From the NCBI GenBank assembly GCA_015680685.1, contig MNCI01001451.1:545919-609918 (forward strand): 64,000 bases of DNA, in the 5' to 3' direction. The translations under genes were made by a program, and so were the position numbers. Source of the DNA: Gnetum montanum (lineage: Eukaryota; Plantae; Gnetophyta). This document shows, one piece after another, positions 1 through 12,162 of this stretch (position 1 is its first letter; every line of letters begins with the position of its first letter). Below the pieces are notes generated by a model. That model searched no databases and was not told where the DNA came from. It saw only the letters and a program-made list of their open reading frames with translations.

Positions 1-1860
1 GCCCATCTGGTCACTTTTAGACTAGAATGTTTATTGCTTTAGGCATGGCCCCATGCAATCTTATGTGTTTTCGCCATGTCCCTCATTGGGAGAGCTTTAG
101 ACTGGTACCGAGCCTTGCCTCATAACTCTGTATCCTCTTTGGAGGATCTCTTACACCAGTTCGGTACCAGGTTTAAATACAACCTGAAACCTGGAGCAAC
201 CTTGGATAGTCTGATACAGGTAAAACAAGCATCGCTTGAACCTATACAAAAATTTATTCAGAGATGGAGTGCTACGCTAAACGAACTTCATGAACCAATC
301 CCCGAAACATACTTACTCACCATCCTAAAGGGAGTCGTAAATGATTTCATGAAATCTAAACTGTACTATTTGAATGCACGCACTCTAAGCCAAGCTTTCA
401 TGCAAATAAAGAACATTGAAGAGACGACCCAAAATAGCCATGACCCTGCTTACTTAGCCTTTGAAAATCAACACACTAAAAAAGATAAAGAAAAGGCTAA
501 GGCAACAGTAGCAGAAGTAGCAAAAAATCAACAGACAAGCACAAGACAACAAGGTAAACCACCTATCACCCCTACTGGCTATACTAGACCTGCTTCTGCT
601 GCTACGCCTGGACCGTCCACATCACAAAATGCTACACCAGGTCATGCAAGAAAATTTGAGAGGAGAGACCCCTCTCAATACACATCATTTCCCATGAAAC
701 CTTTGTAATTATTTGACCAACTCTTGAAGGCTGGGCTAATGAAACATAAAAAATTATCCCCCACGGCAATTCAAAGACATGATCGATTCTGTGAATTGGT
801 CAAGAACCCAAGCTTGGCAACATCAGATGAGCCCCCAGTTCCAAGAGGCTTTAGAATAGATCGATTTTTTGAGTACCACCAATGTAATGGGCATGGCATT
901 GACTATTTTTTCACCTTGAAACAAGACATTCAAAGAATGATTGATGTAGGTGAGATCACTTTTGATGAGGCCAACTCGGTCAAATCACAAAACCAGTCCA
1001 TGGGCATATATAAAGATCCCCTAAACACTAAAGAAGCGCCATACACAATTAACACCATCTACACAGATAATAACTATGAAACACCAAAGAACCCCTTCAT
1101 AGTTCATGTTCCCCCTACTGCACTAGCATTGCCTCAACCTTCATATCCCCCATACGATCCTCCTACCCCGCAAAAACCATTGGTCATCCGAGTACCTCCC
1201 GTGGTGGCAACAGTACAGGTATCACCCCAAACCAAACCATTTGTTGTTCGTGTGCCCTCTACTGATACAACCGCTAGTATGACACCATCAAACCAGCCCA
1301 CTCCCTTCGTGGTTCGGGTGCCATCAGTAGTTGCTACGACAGAGGTACCAACTACAAATTTCCCAACCCCGTTTGTGGTCAAGGTGCCTAGGCAGTCTGA
1401 TGTCCAAGCTCATATGCCTCAAACACAACCCTGTCCTATCCCATTCGTCATTTGAGTCCTGAAACAACCCCATATTCTGACCCCAAATATTCCCACACAA
1501 CCCACACGAGAACGCCTAGCAGATAAGCTCACCAGGGAACGTTTGGAGAAGGAACGTTTGGCAAAAGAATGTCAACGCCTTGCACTGGGGCCCCCGAAAC
1601 CAACTCCATTAAGCGCAATACCTATGGCTCCTTCTAACAATGAGCCAAGCATGAGTTATAAAGACAAAAAATCAAGAATGCAACACATATCAAACCCAAT
1701 AGTAATGAAAAATAACACGAAGGTTACCCCACGTGAGATACAACTGTTAGGTCCAATGGATCAAGTGGCCATGGACAAGATTATACCCAATGGTAAGGAC
1801 CTAGCTAATGCTCTAACATAGGTTACGCAAGCCCTTAAACAAAAGAATACATCATTAAGC
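1..1860 (+). pseudogene. gag: gag of E1 (retrotrans_gag core, CxxHx4Hx4C-type knuckle remnant, PFVVRVP repeats)
   Basis: SLIGRALDWYRALPHNSVSSLEDLLHQFGTRF; EYHQCNGHGIDY..LKQDIQRMID. ORFs 76-708, 724-1455 and 1543-1821 share one frame and are broken by stops. Confidence 0.88.
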
Positions 1861-2808
1861 TTGTACGACCTCATATTGGCTTTTCCAGTTCATCGCGAAG
1901 CCTTAGTACAAATGTTAACATCGATCCCAGTTAGCGAAAACCTACCCGCAAATGAACCCTGTATACACTCGGTAATGTCTACACGACAAGGATCCAAACC
2001 TAAATCATTAGGATTTCACCCTGAAAACCTTAAGATCGATGAGAAAATCAAAACCCACAAACCCATGTTTATAACCATACGAGTTAATCAATTCAAAATA
2101 CATCGAGTACATGTAGATGATGGAGCAGCCACAAACGTAGTGCCTTATCCCGTCATTGAATATTTAGGGCTTATGAAATTAATTAAACTAACATCTACAA
2201 CATGCCTGAAGTCATTTAATGGGTCACAAGTAGTGATTAAAGGTACATTGACCTTGGATTTCACAGCAGGGGATCGATTCCCCACTTCTATAGACTTCAT
2301 AGTTATTGATGAGATGCCCAGTTTTAACCTAATCCTGGGACGACCCTGGTTAGCCTAGCTAAAAGCAATGTCTTCCCCCATCCATCAAGTGATTCACTTA
2401 CCCTATGAAGGGGGTGAAATCATTATCCATGGGGATACTGCTACATCCACCATCTCATCTCACACGGAAGCAAATCAAGGCTCCGAAGTTAAATTTGAGG
2501 AGCCTGAACAAGAGGACACCCCACATGAGCATAAACTTGACAAAACTTCCAAAAAACCCATACCGAAGGAAACAAACGAAACCCAAAGTGACCAACACAT
2601 AAATCGTGGTCTCTCAAAAATCAAGGAAACACCACCTAACCCAGAAACATCCAAGGTTACTGACTCAGAGCTTACTCCGCCAAACGTCTCCTGGGTAGAG
2701 CTACCATTCAACGTAAATAGCGAAGGAGATCCTGAGTATTGGATCGTACCTATTAAACCCACACCTAACATAAAAATGGGGAAAATCAACAAGTTATTAA
2801 ACAACTAA
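1861..2808 (+). pseudogene. Aspartic protease and tail of E1 gag-pro ORF
   Basis: HRVHVDDGAATNVVP and NLILGRPWL motifs. Same frame as gag; ends at TAA 2808. Confidence 0.88.
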
Positions 2809-2820
2809 CAAACTACTTCA

Positions 2821-3090
2821 GTCTGCAAAGATGTTAAACTACGATCGTCCAAAATGATCCTAAACTACACATGTTCAGAATGACATTAAACTATCACATG
2901 TCCGCAATGACATAAAACTAGCCAGGGTCAGAAATGACTAGTTTACATCAAAACCCATCTTATTAGTTGATATCCCTCTAGTTTATTGGTGGCTCGAAAT
3001 GGCCTTAAACTAGAACGGTCACGTCGCAATCCATCATGACTTTAAACTGACACGCACGTACGCATGGCACGAAATGGCCTTAAACTAGAG
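2821..3090 (+). repeat. Degenerate array of GYC-N6-GRC-N3-AAACT motifs after the gag-pro stop
   Basis: gtccaaaatgatcctaaacta, gtccgcaatgacataaaacta, gctcgaaatggccttaaacta and similar; spacing about 26-27 bp in the first part. Confidence 0.8.
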
Positions 3091-3497
3091 CAAGTTTAGT
3101 TTTGTTTGTCTCAAAATTTTAAATTCCCAATTTACATTCTAAGATTACATCTTTGCAATACAAGTTATGCTTTCCTTTACATTTGCTATGGCACAGTTAT
3201 CATTTAGGTTACATTTGCACTTTATTTCATGTTTACACTTAAATAATAAATAAGCAAAAAAACTTTTACTCCATGTCCCTGTATTATTTCTTTTCAACAT
3301 TCAGAAAAAACAAAAAAAAAAAAAAAAAAAAAAAAAAACAAAACTGGAATATGAAAACAACAAAAAATATATAAATATGTAAATAGACGATTACAAGAGT
3401 TAACCAAGTTTATGCATCTGTTTATACACAACTCAAAACAAAAAATTCTATTTACAATCCACAGAAACATAACTAATGACAACGCCAAATTTAAAAA

Positions 3498-6400
3498 CTA
3501 AACATCAGGATCGGGAGGGGCTCTCCCCTCAAACTCCCTCGCATCATGAGTTTCCCCTCCACTGGGGCCACCTTCATGGCCACCGTCACCGCTATGACTC
3601 TATAAAAAAGTAAAAGAAAATAATTAACTAAAAAAAAAGGGGGATAATATTTTTTGCTAAAAATGAATAAAAAGTTATAAGTTTAAATGACTTACCAAAG
3701 AGGATCCTCTTAGACCAAACTCCAGCCGACGAAGGATTTCTTCTTCAGGGACACTTGCCCAGTCGATTCCATCAAGGCCTAGATCAATGTTGGCTAAGGC
3801 CTTCCCTTTGTCCACAGTAGACCAAGTAGGACGTTTAAGAGGAAAATCGCCTACAGAAATCACCCTAGAAGCTATAGTGATTACTCTCTTGGGAGATTCC
3901 ATCTCTACCATAGTGTACCTAGTAAAGGCATCAAACGAAGACCGTAGGCCTAAACCCTCTACAAACATCTCCAATTGACGCTTTTCTATGGATATCTCCT
4001 TTAATGATTTTTTATAATGGTACTTATGATTCTTTTCATCTTGGCCCCATTTCCACACCTTAGAAGCAAAAGCTTTCCAATTTTGACACTTGAGATTCAG
4101 CAAATCAATTTGTGCCTTTCGCTCTGCTAGCTCTCGAGTCATAGTTACTTGGTAGTTCAATAGATTCCAATATTTGGTATAAGTAACTTTGGAGGTTTGC
4201 CAAGAACAATCACCTGTCAACCTAGCAAAGGCAAACTCATAGCATGACTTAAAGTCATCTCGTTCTGCTGATAGTTTGGCAATCTCTTTTTCCTTTACCT
4301 GAATTCGCAACCATAGCTTTTCGATGGAACGCCTACAAGTCCAAAGAGACTTGGCATTTTGCACAACACATTCTCCCACCTCATCATAAATTTGTCTTGG
4401 CACTTGCTCAATTTCTAATGGCAATTTAGGTAGAATGTTAATACCAGTGGCCTCGGATGGATCCCACTTCAGTTTAGCACCTATCAATATAAGGAGAATA
4501 TACATTAGACATCGGACAACAGAAACAAATGCAAAAACAGAAAGACTCAAAACGCTTAAAAAATATGTACCTATTTCAGGATGAGCTTGTTGGATGCGAT
4601 CAACTACCTCATTGACAATACCAAGGACAAAATCCATTTTACTTGGCATTTCAATCCAAGTAAATGATTCATTTATAGGAGATGAGCCAACTTCGGTGGT
4701 TGTTTCCATTGGAGTCTTCATCGTAGGTATTTCTGAACGAACATTAGGAGTTGTCTTGGTTTCAACATCTGCATCTTATAGTGACAAAAACATAAAGTCA
4801 AAACTCTAAATAATGGAAATGAAATAATTCAAAACTCAAATAAACATAATAAGGAGAACATATCGAAATCCCTTTCTTCTTCCAGATTCGGAGGGTTGCC
4901 AAGGTTTAACCTTCCTACGAAGAAATCATCAAACATCTCGTCAGCTTGACCCTGATCACCAGTGTAATCTTTTTCTATGGTGGCTTCCACTCTTTCTCTT
5001 AGAGGGATGGGGACTTCCATCTTGTCATTGCCCGCTTCATCCTCCTCATCTAAGTTGGTTGGGACCTCTTCCTCCTCAACGATCGATGCTAACCCCTCTC
5101 TTCTTACTTTAGGAGTTGGCTCTGATGACATTCATAAGTTCAACATTAGTTTCGCATAAATGACCAAAAAAATAGAATAAATAATAATAATAATAATGAT
5201 AATAAAATAAGGATAAATGAATGAATTAGGCTTACTTACCACGTGCAGATATTTTAAACTGTATATGTTTCACCTTTGGTTCATCTACAGCTGGAGCAAC
5301 CTCTCTAGAGCGCTTAAGTCTTTGGACTTTGGATTTTTCCTTCCCAATTGTCTCCTTGATTACTCAATTAGCTCTCCTAGTAGTATAGGGCACACCACCT
5401 AGCTCCAACCCTACGCTGTCACGCGTGTGAATTGAATGACAAGATGATCCCCCCATTGTAACAGAAACCGATTCATCAATCCCTTCGGGAGCATCTTGAG
5501 ATTTAGTCACCTTAAATAAGTGGCGAATCCATGGGCAAGATATTTGGCCACGATCCCTTAACACGTACTCGTTACCCACACAAACTACTAGAAATTCAGC
5601 TAGTCGGTGCAGGTAACCAGCGAAGAATGCAAAGGTAAAATGGGACTGCACCTCAACGTTCGAATGCAATCTCACTATCGCTCCATGCAAACCTGAGAGT
5701 AAAAAATGAGCCCAATTATAACGCACCCTAGTCTCCAGAATCATGCACATGATACACACAGATTCTACCCCAAAAGTATTTACTTGGGATAGGGATTTGG
5801 GAAACACTCACACTCTGAACAGCAGATACAGCTCATTTACTTCGGTTACTTTTGATCTTCCCTGCATAGGGAATTCCTTAGCACCCTTAAGTACACCCAA
5901 CCAGTCCTCCAGCTCACGAACAACATGGAACTCTTTTTGTGCTCTATCCAAAGTCACTCTAGCCCCATCTGCCGGTACACTAAAGAGGTTTGAAAAGAAC
6001 TCCGTTGATAGATGGAAAGATACTTTAATTTCCTTGACACGAGTGCTATATTAAGTAACAGCTTCGTTGAAAGAATCAACGATCGCAATCATCTCGATCA
6101 CAGATACGTTAGGACTTAGAGAAGTAAACAACTCCATGAGGCTTGCATCACTCAAGCAACTGATAACATGCGGTGGTGCCTTGTCATGCAACCATCGTTG
6201 TGCATTGTCGATCTCCCCGAATTTCATGGCCAAAGTGCCCTAAGTCTAGCCAGTTTCTATGGTGACTTCACTAGGGGTGATATCCATTGTACGCACAAGA
6301 GTAAAACCATGGAATCAATACAACCAATGAGGTAGCAGAACAAACAAACGTAAGGTGCCAAAAATACTATTACTTACCATTAGACAATAGATTAAGACCA

Positions 6401-7206
6401 TTAGAAGTCAAATCAGCATCGCATGGGAAAACTGGCCCATTACGGGACCAATCACCATGTAGCCACCCCCAAGCCTCACATTGTGCAAAAGCCTTGGAGT
6501 ATCGTTTGTGAAAATGGACAACTTCATCCTTGGTCTGGGCTAACATGGCATCATAGAGAGTGGGACCCTCCATGAAAGCCTCTAAGGCGGTATGAGCCAA
6601 TGCGAGTCCATCATCACTTATGCATACTCCTTCTTTATCAAATCGAGGCCTACAAAGAAATGACAATCAAAACATGAAAAACCACTAAGCATTAAAGCAG
6701 AAATGATAAATTAAGCAACCTTACCTTTCTACCCTGTACACCATTCCTAGGAGGATTTTGGAACAAAGTGTGCGCACAAGAGGCTAGGAATAAGGTGCTA
6801 TTGACATTGTGAGGTCTACATGATAATAGGTCCCATACATGTGTCAATGCACGGGTGGATCTAGGCCCTCCAGAGGGATCATCCCCAACTATGGATAATC
6901 CCTCATCGACATCGACCACGAAGGCCACTATGCCATTTGAGGATCTCGGTAACATAGTCTCAAGGATGCTCCGTGCTAATTGTTCACTTAGGTGAGACCA
7001 TATTACCACACTGAACCTTTGTAAGATGAAGGCAAGAAATTTGCTGACACCTATTCTGAACCATACCCCATTTCGATCGATAGTCATATCAGGTACTGGT
7101 TCATCAGAATCAATAGGCCCGAACCACGCCAGAACTCCAACAAGTTCCACCACTAGGAGAAAAGGTTTATGACATCTACACGCATTCAAACACCAGGGTA
7201 AATAAG
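3498..7206 (-). pseudogene. Antisense multi-exon accessory gene inside E1: FCP1/NIF-like domain + plant-transposon (Transposase_32/env-like) domain + coiled coil
   Basis: Minus-strand ORF blocks are joined by introns 6650-6724, 6287-6377 (acceptor decayed to AA), 5122-5239, 4775-4863 (donor decayed to AT), 4481-4570 and 3600-3695. Stop at 3498-3500. A homologous gene with matching introns lies in E3. The true 5' start is unresolved. Confidence 0.78.
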
Positions 7207-7281
7207 CTACACAAAACAATATAGGTTTTACGCTAGGGCTAGCAGTTGAAAACATTTTCAGGGTTCACACTCGACGTACAG

Positions 7282-8170
7282 ACCCTGCACGCTCGATGTG
7301 CAAACCCTGCACGCTGGGAACGTGAGTGTGTAGACCTTGCACGCTGGGAACGTGAGCGTGCAGACCCTGCACACTAGGAATTTTAGCCCCCCTCCTACAG
7401 GATGAGCATGTCGCTAGATTTCCAAACACAAAACTTGCTGTATGCAAAGAGACAAAGGTTGACACTGGCCTGAACACTAACATCTACGCTAAAGAAATAG
7501 GCCAGGCCTCTCAAAAATTCTATGCGCTGAAATGAGAAAAGGAAACTGAACACAAATCGATAAAAACAGTAAACAAAAATACAAATTTTGATAGGGAACT
7601 AGGGTCTACCGGCGCACTGATCCAGACCATGATGTGATCATAGGCTTGGGCAGGCATTGAAGAATCACCTCACTCTCCTCAGCAAAGGTCAAATCTGGCT
7701 CCTTCCTTCCCTAGTCTCTCATCCGCTTCCCCTTGCCCATCCCGTCGTGCTACGTTCAAGACCTTCATGCTGGGGTTTCTAGGAGCCTTCATGCTGGGGT
7801 TTGCAGAGCGTTCACGCTAAGGGTTGCTAGGTGGGGGGTGGGGGGGGGGGGANGATTTTAGCTCTCTGCACGCTGAATCCTACATGCCACCTTCACGCTG
7901 AGATTTCAGCTTTCTACACATTAAGGGTTTCTCCAGGGCCTGCATGCTAAACTCTTTCATTTGACTCATCGTGCTTCGATCTATTCCATCCTTGCTGCCT
8001 CCTTTGCACCATATCTGCACCTTTCCCTGCCCGTACCATCTGATCTTCACCTCCTCGTCACGCTGAGCATAGATTCACGCTGAGCTTAGGTTCACACTGT
8101 GCTTAATTTTATGCTGAGTGTAGATTCATGCTAAGCTCTAGTTCACGTTGGGATTTAACCTAGGTTCACA
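7282..8170. repeat. CACGCT-core repeats (27-bp tandem units at 7282-7376, dispersed ttcacgctg copies at 7760-8170)
   Basis: accctgcacgctgggaacgtgagcgtgcag-type units; the same TGCACGC core is repeated in the E1 LTR. Confidence 0.75.
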
Positions 8171-8544
8171 TTGTTCTCTTTGTCTCTAGCTCAACTTTGA
8201 GGTTTACACTTGCTACCGTTTGTTTTAAGTTAATTTTATACATCTCCACATTGCTCACGCCGCCTCACCCTCTAGGAAATCAGCATTTTGGGTATTTTAC
8301 TCCAAATAAAATAATAGTAAACATAATGATTAACTAACATACAAATACATATAAACACAACCAGAAGTAAAGAAAAGAGTGTATAACTATGTACTAGGCT
8401 AAACATTATCCACATAAAATCTCGGTGACTCCTGTTGTCCAAACTAAACACCTTGGTGCATACTCTTCATCTTGTAGTCTCACATCCAACAAGGATTACA
8501 AATTGTACAATCAACTAGAAATCATAAACGAATAGGTGCAGCCT

Positions 8545-8625
8545 AGTAAGGCCCAAAATTACCGCGAATGACCTGGTAAGGTCCTAAACTACCACGATTG
8601 GCCAGGTACGGCCTTAAACTACAGT
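8545..8625 (+). repeat. Three GGNC-N3-AAACT motif copies upstream of pol
   Basis: ggcccaaaattacc, ggtcctaaactacc, ggccttaaactaca, about 30 bp apart. Confidence 0.7.
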
Positions 8626-8759
8626 GCGGCTAGGTGAGATGATAAACCAACTTTAGCATACTTTGAACATATTTAATATTTGAATTGGTGTCATAAAATA
8701 ATAAGCAAACCCCCCATTTTTTTGTTAATGTTGCTCCCTGTGGCTTGGCAGGAGCAAGC

Positions 8760-11700
8760 ATGGATACCAAGAAACTATTCGCACCACTGTTCATCAATGG
8801 ACCATACGGACCCATCCAACGGGAGATGATTAAAAAGTCCATTGATTTAGACAAATTGACTTATGAAAACTCTGTGGCATCAATAGAGGAAATGATAGAA
8901 TGCTTTTAGAGCATGCTAAAATTGCTAGATATTGAAGTCGATAACATCACCGAGGATCCATTAATTGAAACCCCCATCACTATGCCAAGCGGTGAAGTTA
9001 AGGTACTAAAGCTGAGTACTTTACTAGACCCACAACTTTTCGATGACATAGCAAAAGTGCTAAAAGGCAACATCAAGGCATTCACTTGGTCTTACACTGA
9101 CATGCCTAGGCTAGACCCTCGAATAGTCTAGCACAACATCATACTCGACCCGAAGCTAAGACCACTGAAACAAAAAGCACGTAAGGTTAAGCCTAAGGTA
9201 GCATTGGCAATTCGCAATGAGATCACCAAACTTTATCAAGCTAGTTTCATTTGGGCTATTGACTACACTAACTGGGTATCTAACATGGTCATTGTCCCAA
9301 AGACGAATGGAAGCATTCGCCTATGCATTGACTTCTGGGACCTCAACTTAGCGACCATAAAAGACAACTTTCCTCTACCTAGTATTGATCAACTGGTTGA
9401 CTCAACCGCTGGGCATGCACTGTTATCGTTTATGGATGGCTTCTTGGGATATAATCAGATCCGGATTAACCCTGAACATCAACTCAGGATAACCTTCATG
9501 ACACCATGGGGGACATTTTGTTATATGATTATGCCCTTCAGTTTAAAGAATGTTGGTGCTACATATCAACGAGCGATGACCTTCATCTTCAGTGATTACC
9601 TCCTTCACTCACTCAACGATTACGTAGACGATATAGCGGTTAAATCGAAGACACAAGAGCAACACATACAAGACATAGACTTGATACTTAAGCGTTGTTT
9701 AAAATATGAGCTTAGAATTAACCCAAAAAAAATGTGTCTTTGGGGTCAAATAAGGAAAAATGCTAGGATTCATAGTTTCAGAAGCAGGAATTCGAGTAGA
9801 CCTCGATAAGATGAAGGCCATCACAAACTAGCAACCACCAAACAATCTTACCAAACTTTGAGGCTTACAAGGTAGATTACAGTTCATTAGGTGCTTTATA
9901 GAAAAATTGATCGATAAGTTGAAACCCATGAACCATTTGGTATGCAAGAGTATGCATTTTCAATGGACTCCACAATGATAGGAAGCTTTTGACAATATCA
10001 AAATGGCACTGACTCAATTACCGATAGTTTATCTGCCTCAGAATAATAAACCATTCTACATCTACCTAGCCACATCGGATTCATCAATCATGTCTATGAT
10101 TTGCCAGAAACAAGATGATGGAACTGAAGTTCCTATTTACTACTTGAGCCATGCATTAGTAGCCCATGAAAAACGTTACAATGACATGGAAATATCATGC
10201 CTTGCCCTTACCTTTTCTTTAAAGAAGTAGTGACATTATCTCTTCCATAACCAAGTAAATATCATTTGTAAAGACAACGTGCTCAAAGCTATCACAAACA
10301 ACATGTACGAATCAAGCAAGATGGCTCGATGGAAGGTAATGATTACTGAGTTTGATCTACATTACATAGCCCAATCATCCATCAAAGGTCAAGCTATAGT
10401 CAATCAGATGACTGCATCACCAACACAAGATCAAGCAACGATTAATCTAGAGTTTCCAGATGAAAACGTAAGCACAATTGACGTAGTGCCCGATAACTAT
10501 GATGCAATATTAAACTTTGATGGAGCATCCACCTCCCGAGGTGGAAGTGCTGCTGCTGTTATCACATATCCCTCCGAGGAGATTCAACCCTTTGCTTACC
10601 GATTTAACTTTCCTTGTACCAATAACATAGCAGAGTATGAAGGTCTCCTTAGAGGCCTCATCGTAGCACAAGCTTCAAACATCACACGTCTCGTAGTTAG
10701 AGGTGACTCACAGTTAATCATAAACCAAGTCAAAGACATTTACACATGTAAATCATCTCATCTACAATTCTACTGTGACCTGACAAAACACTTGCTAAAA
10801 CACTTTATAAATATAGAACTACAACATGTGCCCATTGTAGACGCACTAGCCACGTTAGCTCTAAACATCTCACCGGACATGTTTCATGCATTGCCTAGTT
10901 CCATCATGAGCTGTGACAACCCCATAACTGATGCTCCAAATGAACTTCCCATTGCATCCATTAGCATGACACATGCCATAGAATGGTACGATGACATAAA
11001 AGAGTACCTTTTACATGGTGAACCACCTCAACATCTAACGAATGCATAGAAGGACATGATGCGAAAATGCTCTCGGTAGTATACACTAGTAGGGGATACG
11101 TTATGTCATAGATCCTATGAGGGAATTTTACTAGTATGTGTTAGTAGCACCGATGGCCAAACCATTGTGGATCAAGTTCATGAGGGACTCTGCGGAGGGC
11201 ACATAGCGCCCAAAGCAATGGCAACCAAAATAAGATGTTTAAGGTACTATTGGCCACACATGGAGTGCGACTGTTTTCCCAAGGTCAAAACGTGTAATAC
11301 ATGTCAAAAGCATGGTAATCTTATTCATGTCCCACCCAATGAGTTGCATATGGCTCAAATCAGATGGCCTTTCTAGAAATGGGGGTTAGACATCATTGGA
11401 CCAATAACTCCCTCGTCTTTAGCAAGGCATAGCTTCATCATAACCGTGACTGAATAGTTCATGAAATGGGTAGAAGCTATTCCTCTTAGGAAGACCACAT
11501 CGAAACAAGTATGCAACTTTATCCTTGAAAACATTGTGACCCATTTTGGCATCCCAATGACCATCATTACTGACAATGGACCACAATTCAGCAGTGTTGA
11601 AACAAAAACTTTTTGCAACAGCCTAGGCACTAAACATTCATTCTTGTCTCCATATTATCCTCAAAGCAACGGACAAGTAGAAGCCACAAATAAAACTGTC

Positions 11701-12150
11701 ATTATGGTGCTCAAGAAAATGCTTCATTAGAGCAAACGAAGATGGCACGAGCAGCTAGTTTATGCACTATGGGCATATAGAACAACGCATAGGACATCCA
11801 CAGGTAAAACACCANNNNNNNNNNNNNNNNNNNNNNNNNNNNNNNNNNNNNNNNNNNNNNNNNNNNNNNNNNNNNNNNNNNNNNNNNNNNNNNNNTGTCG
11901 TTGTTGCTTCTGGTACCACTCGATTTGATCAAGTGTTCATGTGTNTGACATTCATAAGCGCCCAATCAAAGAAGGGGACCTTATACTTAAGGCGGTTCAT
12001 GAACATGCGGACAAGTCCTCAGCCAACTGGGAAAGGCCTTACTTGGTCACCAAAGCATACGGTAACGGAGCATTCAAACTAGTAGATATGGACAGAAATG
12101 AGCTTGCACATCCCATAAATCATTTGTACCTCAAACCATTCTACGTTTGA
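8760..12150 (+). pseudogene. pol: pol of E1: RT, RNase H, additional RNase H (aRH), integrase with GPY/F tail
   Basis: RLCIDFWDLN, SFMDGFLGYNQI, YVDD (RT); PFYIYLATSD (RH); H..LCGGH..C..C, ITDNGPQF, YYPQSNGQVEA (INT); NWERPY tail. Contains stops, frameshifts and an N gap. Confidence 0.93.
10500..10870 (+). other. Additional archaeal-type RNase H domain between RH and INT (Tat hallmark)
   Basis: LNFDGAS...CTNNIAEYEGL...RGDSQLIINQV...DALATLA. Confidence 0.9.
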
Positions 12151-12162
12151 AATCACTCGGTA

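Noticed and set aside
2821-3090. Hammerhead ribozyme / retrozyme
   Set aside because: The small stems followed by AAAC are suggestive, but the CUGAnGA core and a GAAA directly after the stem are absent.
3305-3343. Poly(A) tail of a retroposed insert
   Set aside because: No TSD or LINE/SINE body is visible. It fits a T-rich 3' UTR of the antisense gene.
4481-4570. Transmembrane helix (env-like) in ORF 3675-4721
   Set aside because: It coincides with a 90-bp GT-AG intron. The E3 counterpart is 89 bp, so in-frame retention is not conserved.
7830-7855. G-quadruplex regulatory element
   Set aside because: It is a homopolymer next to an ambiguous base, of unreliable length, and has no counterpart in E3.
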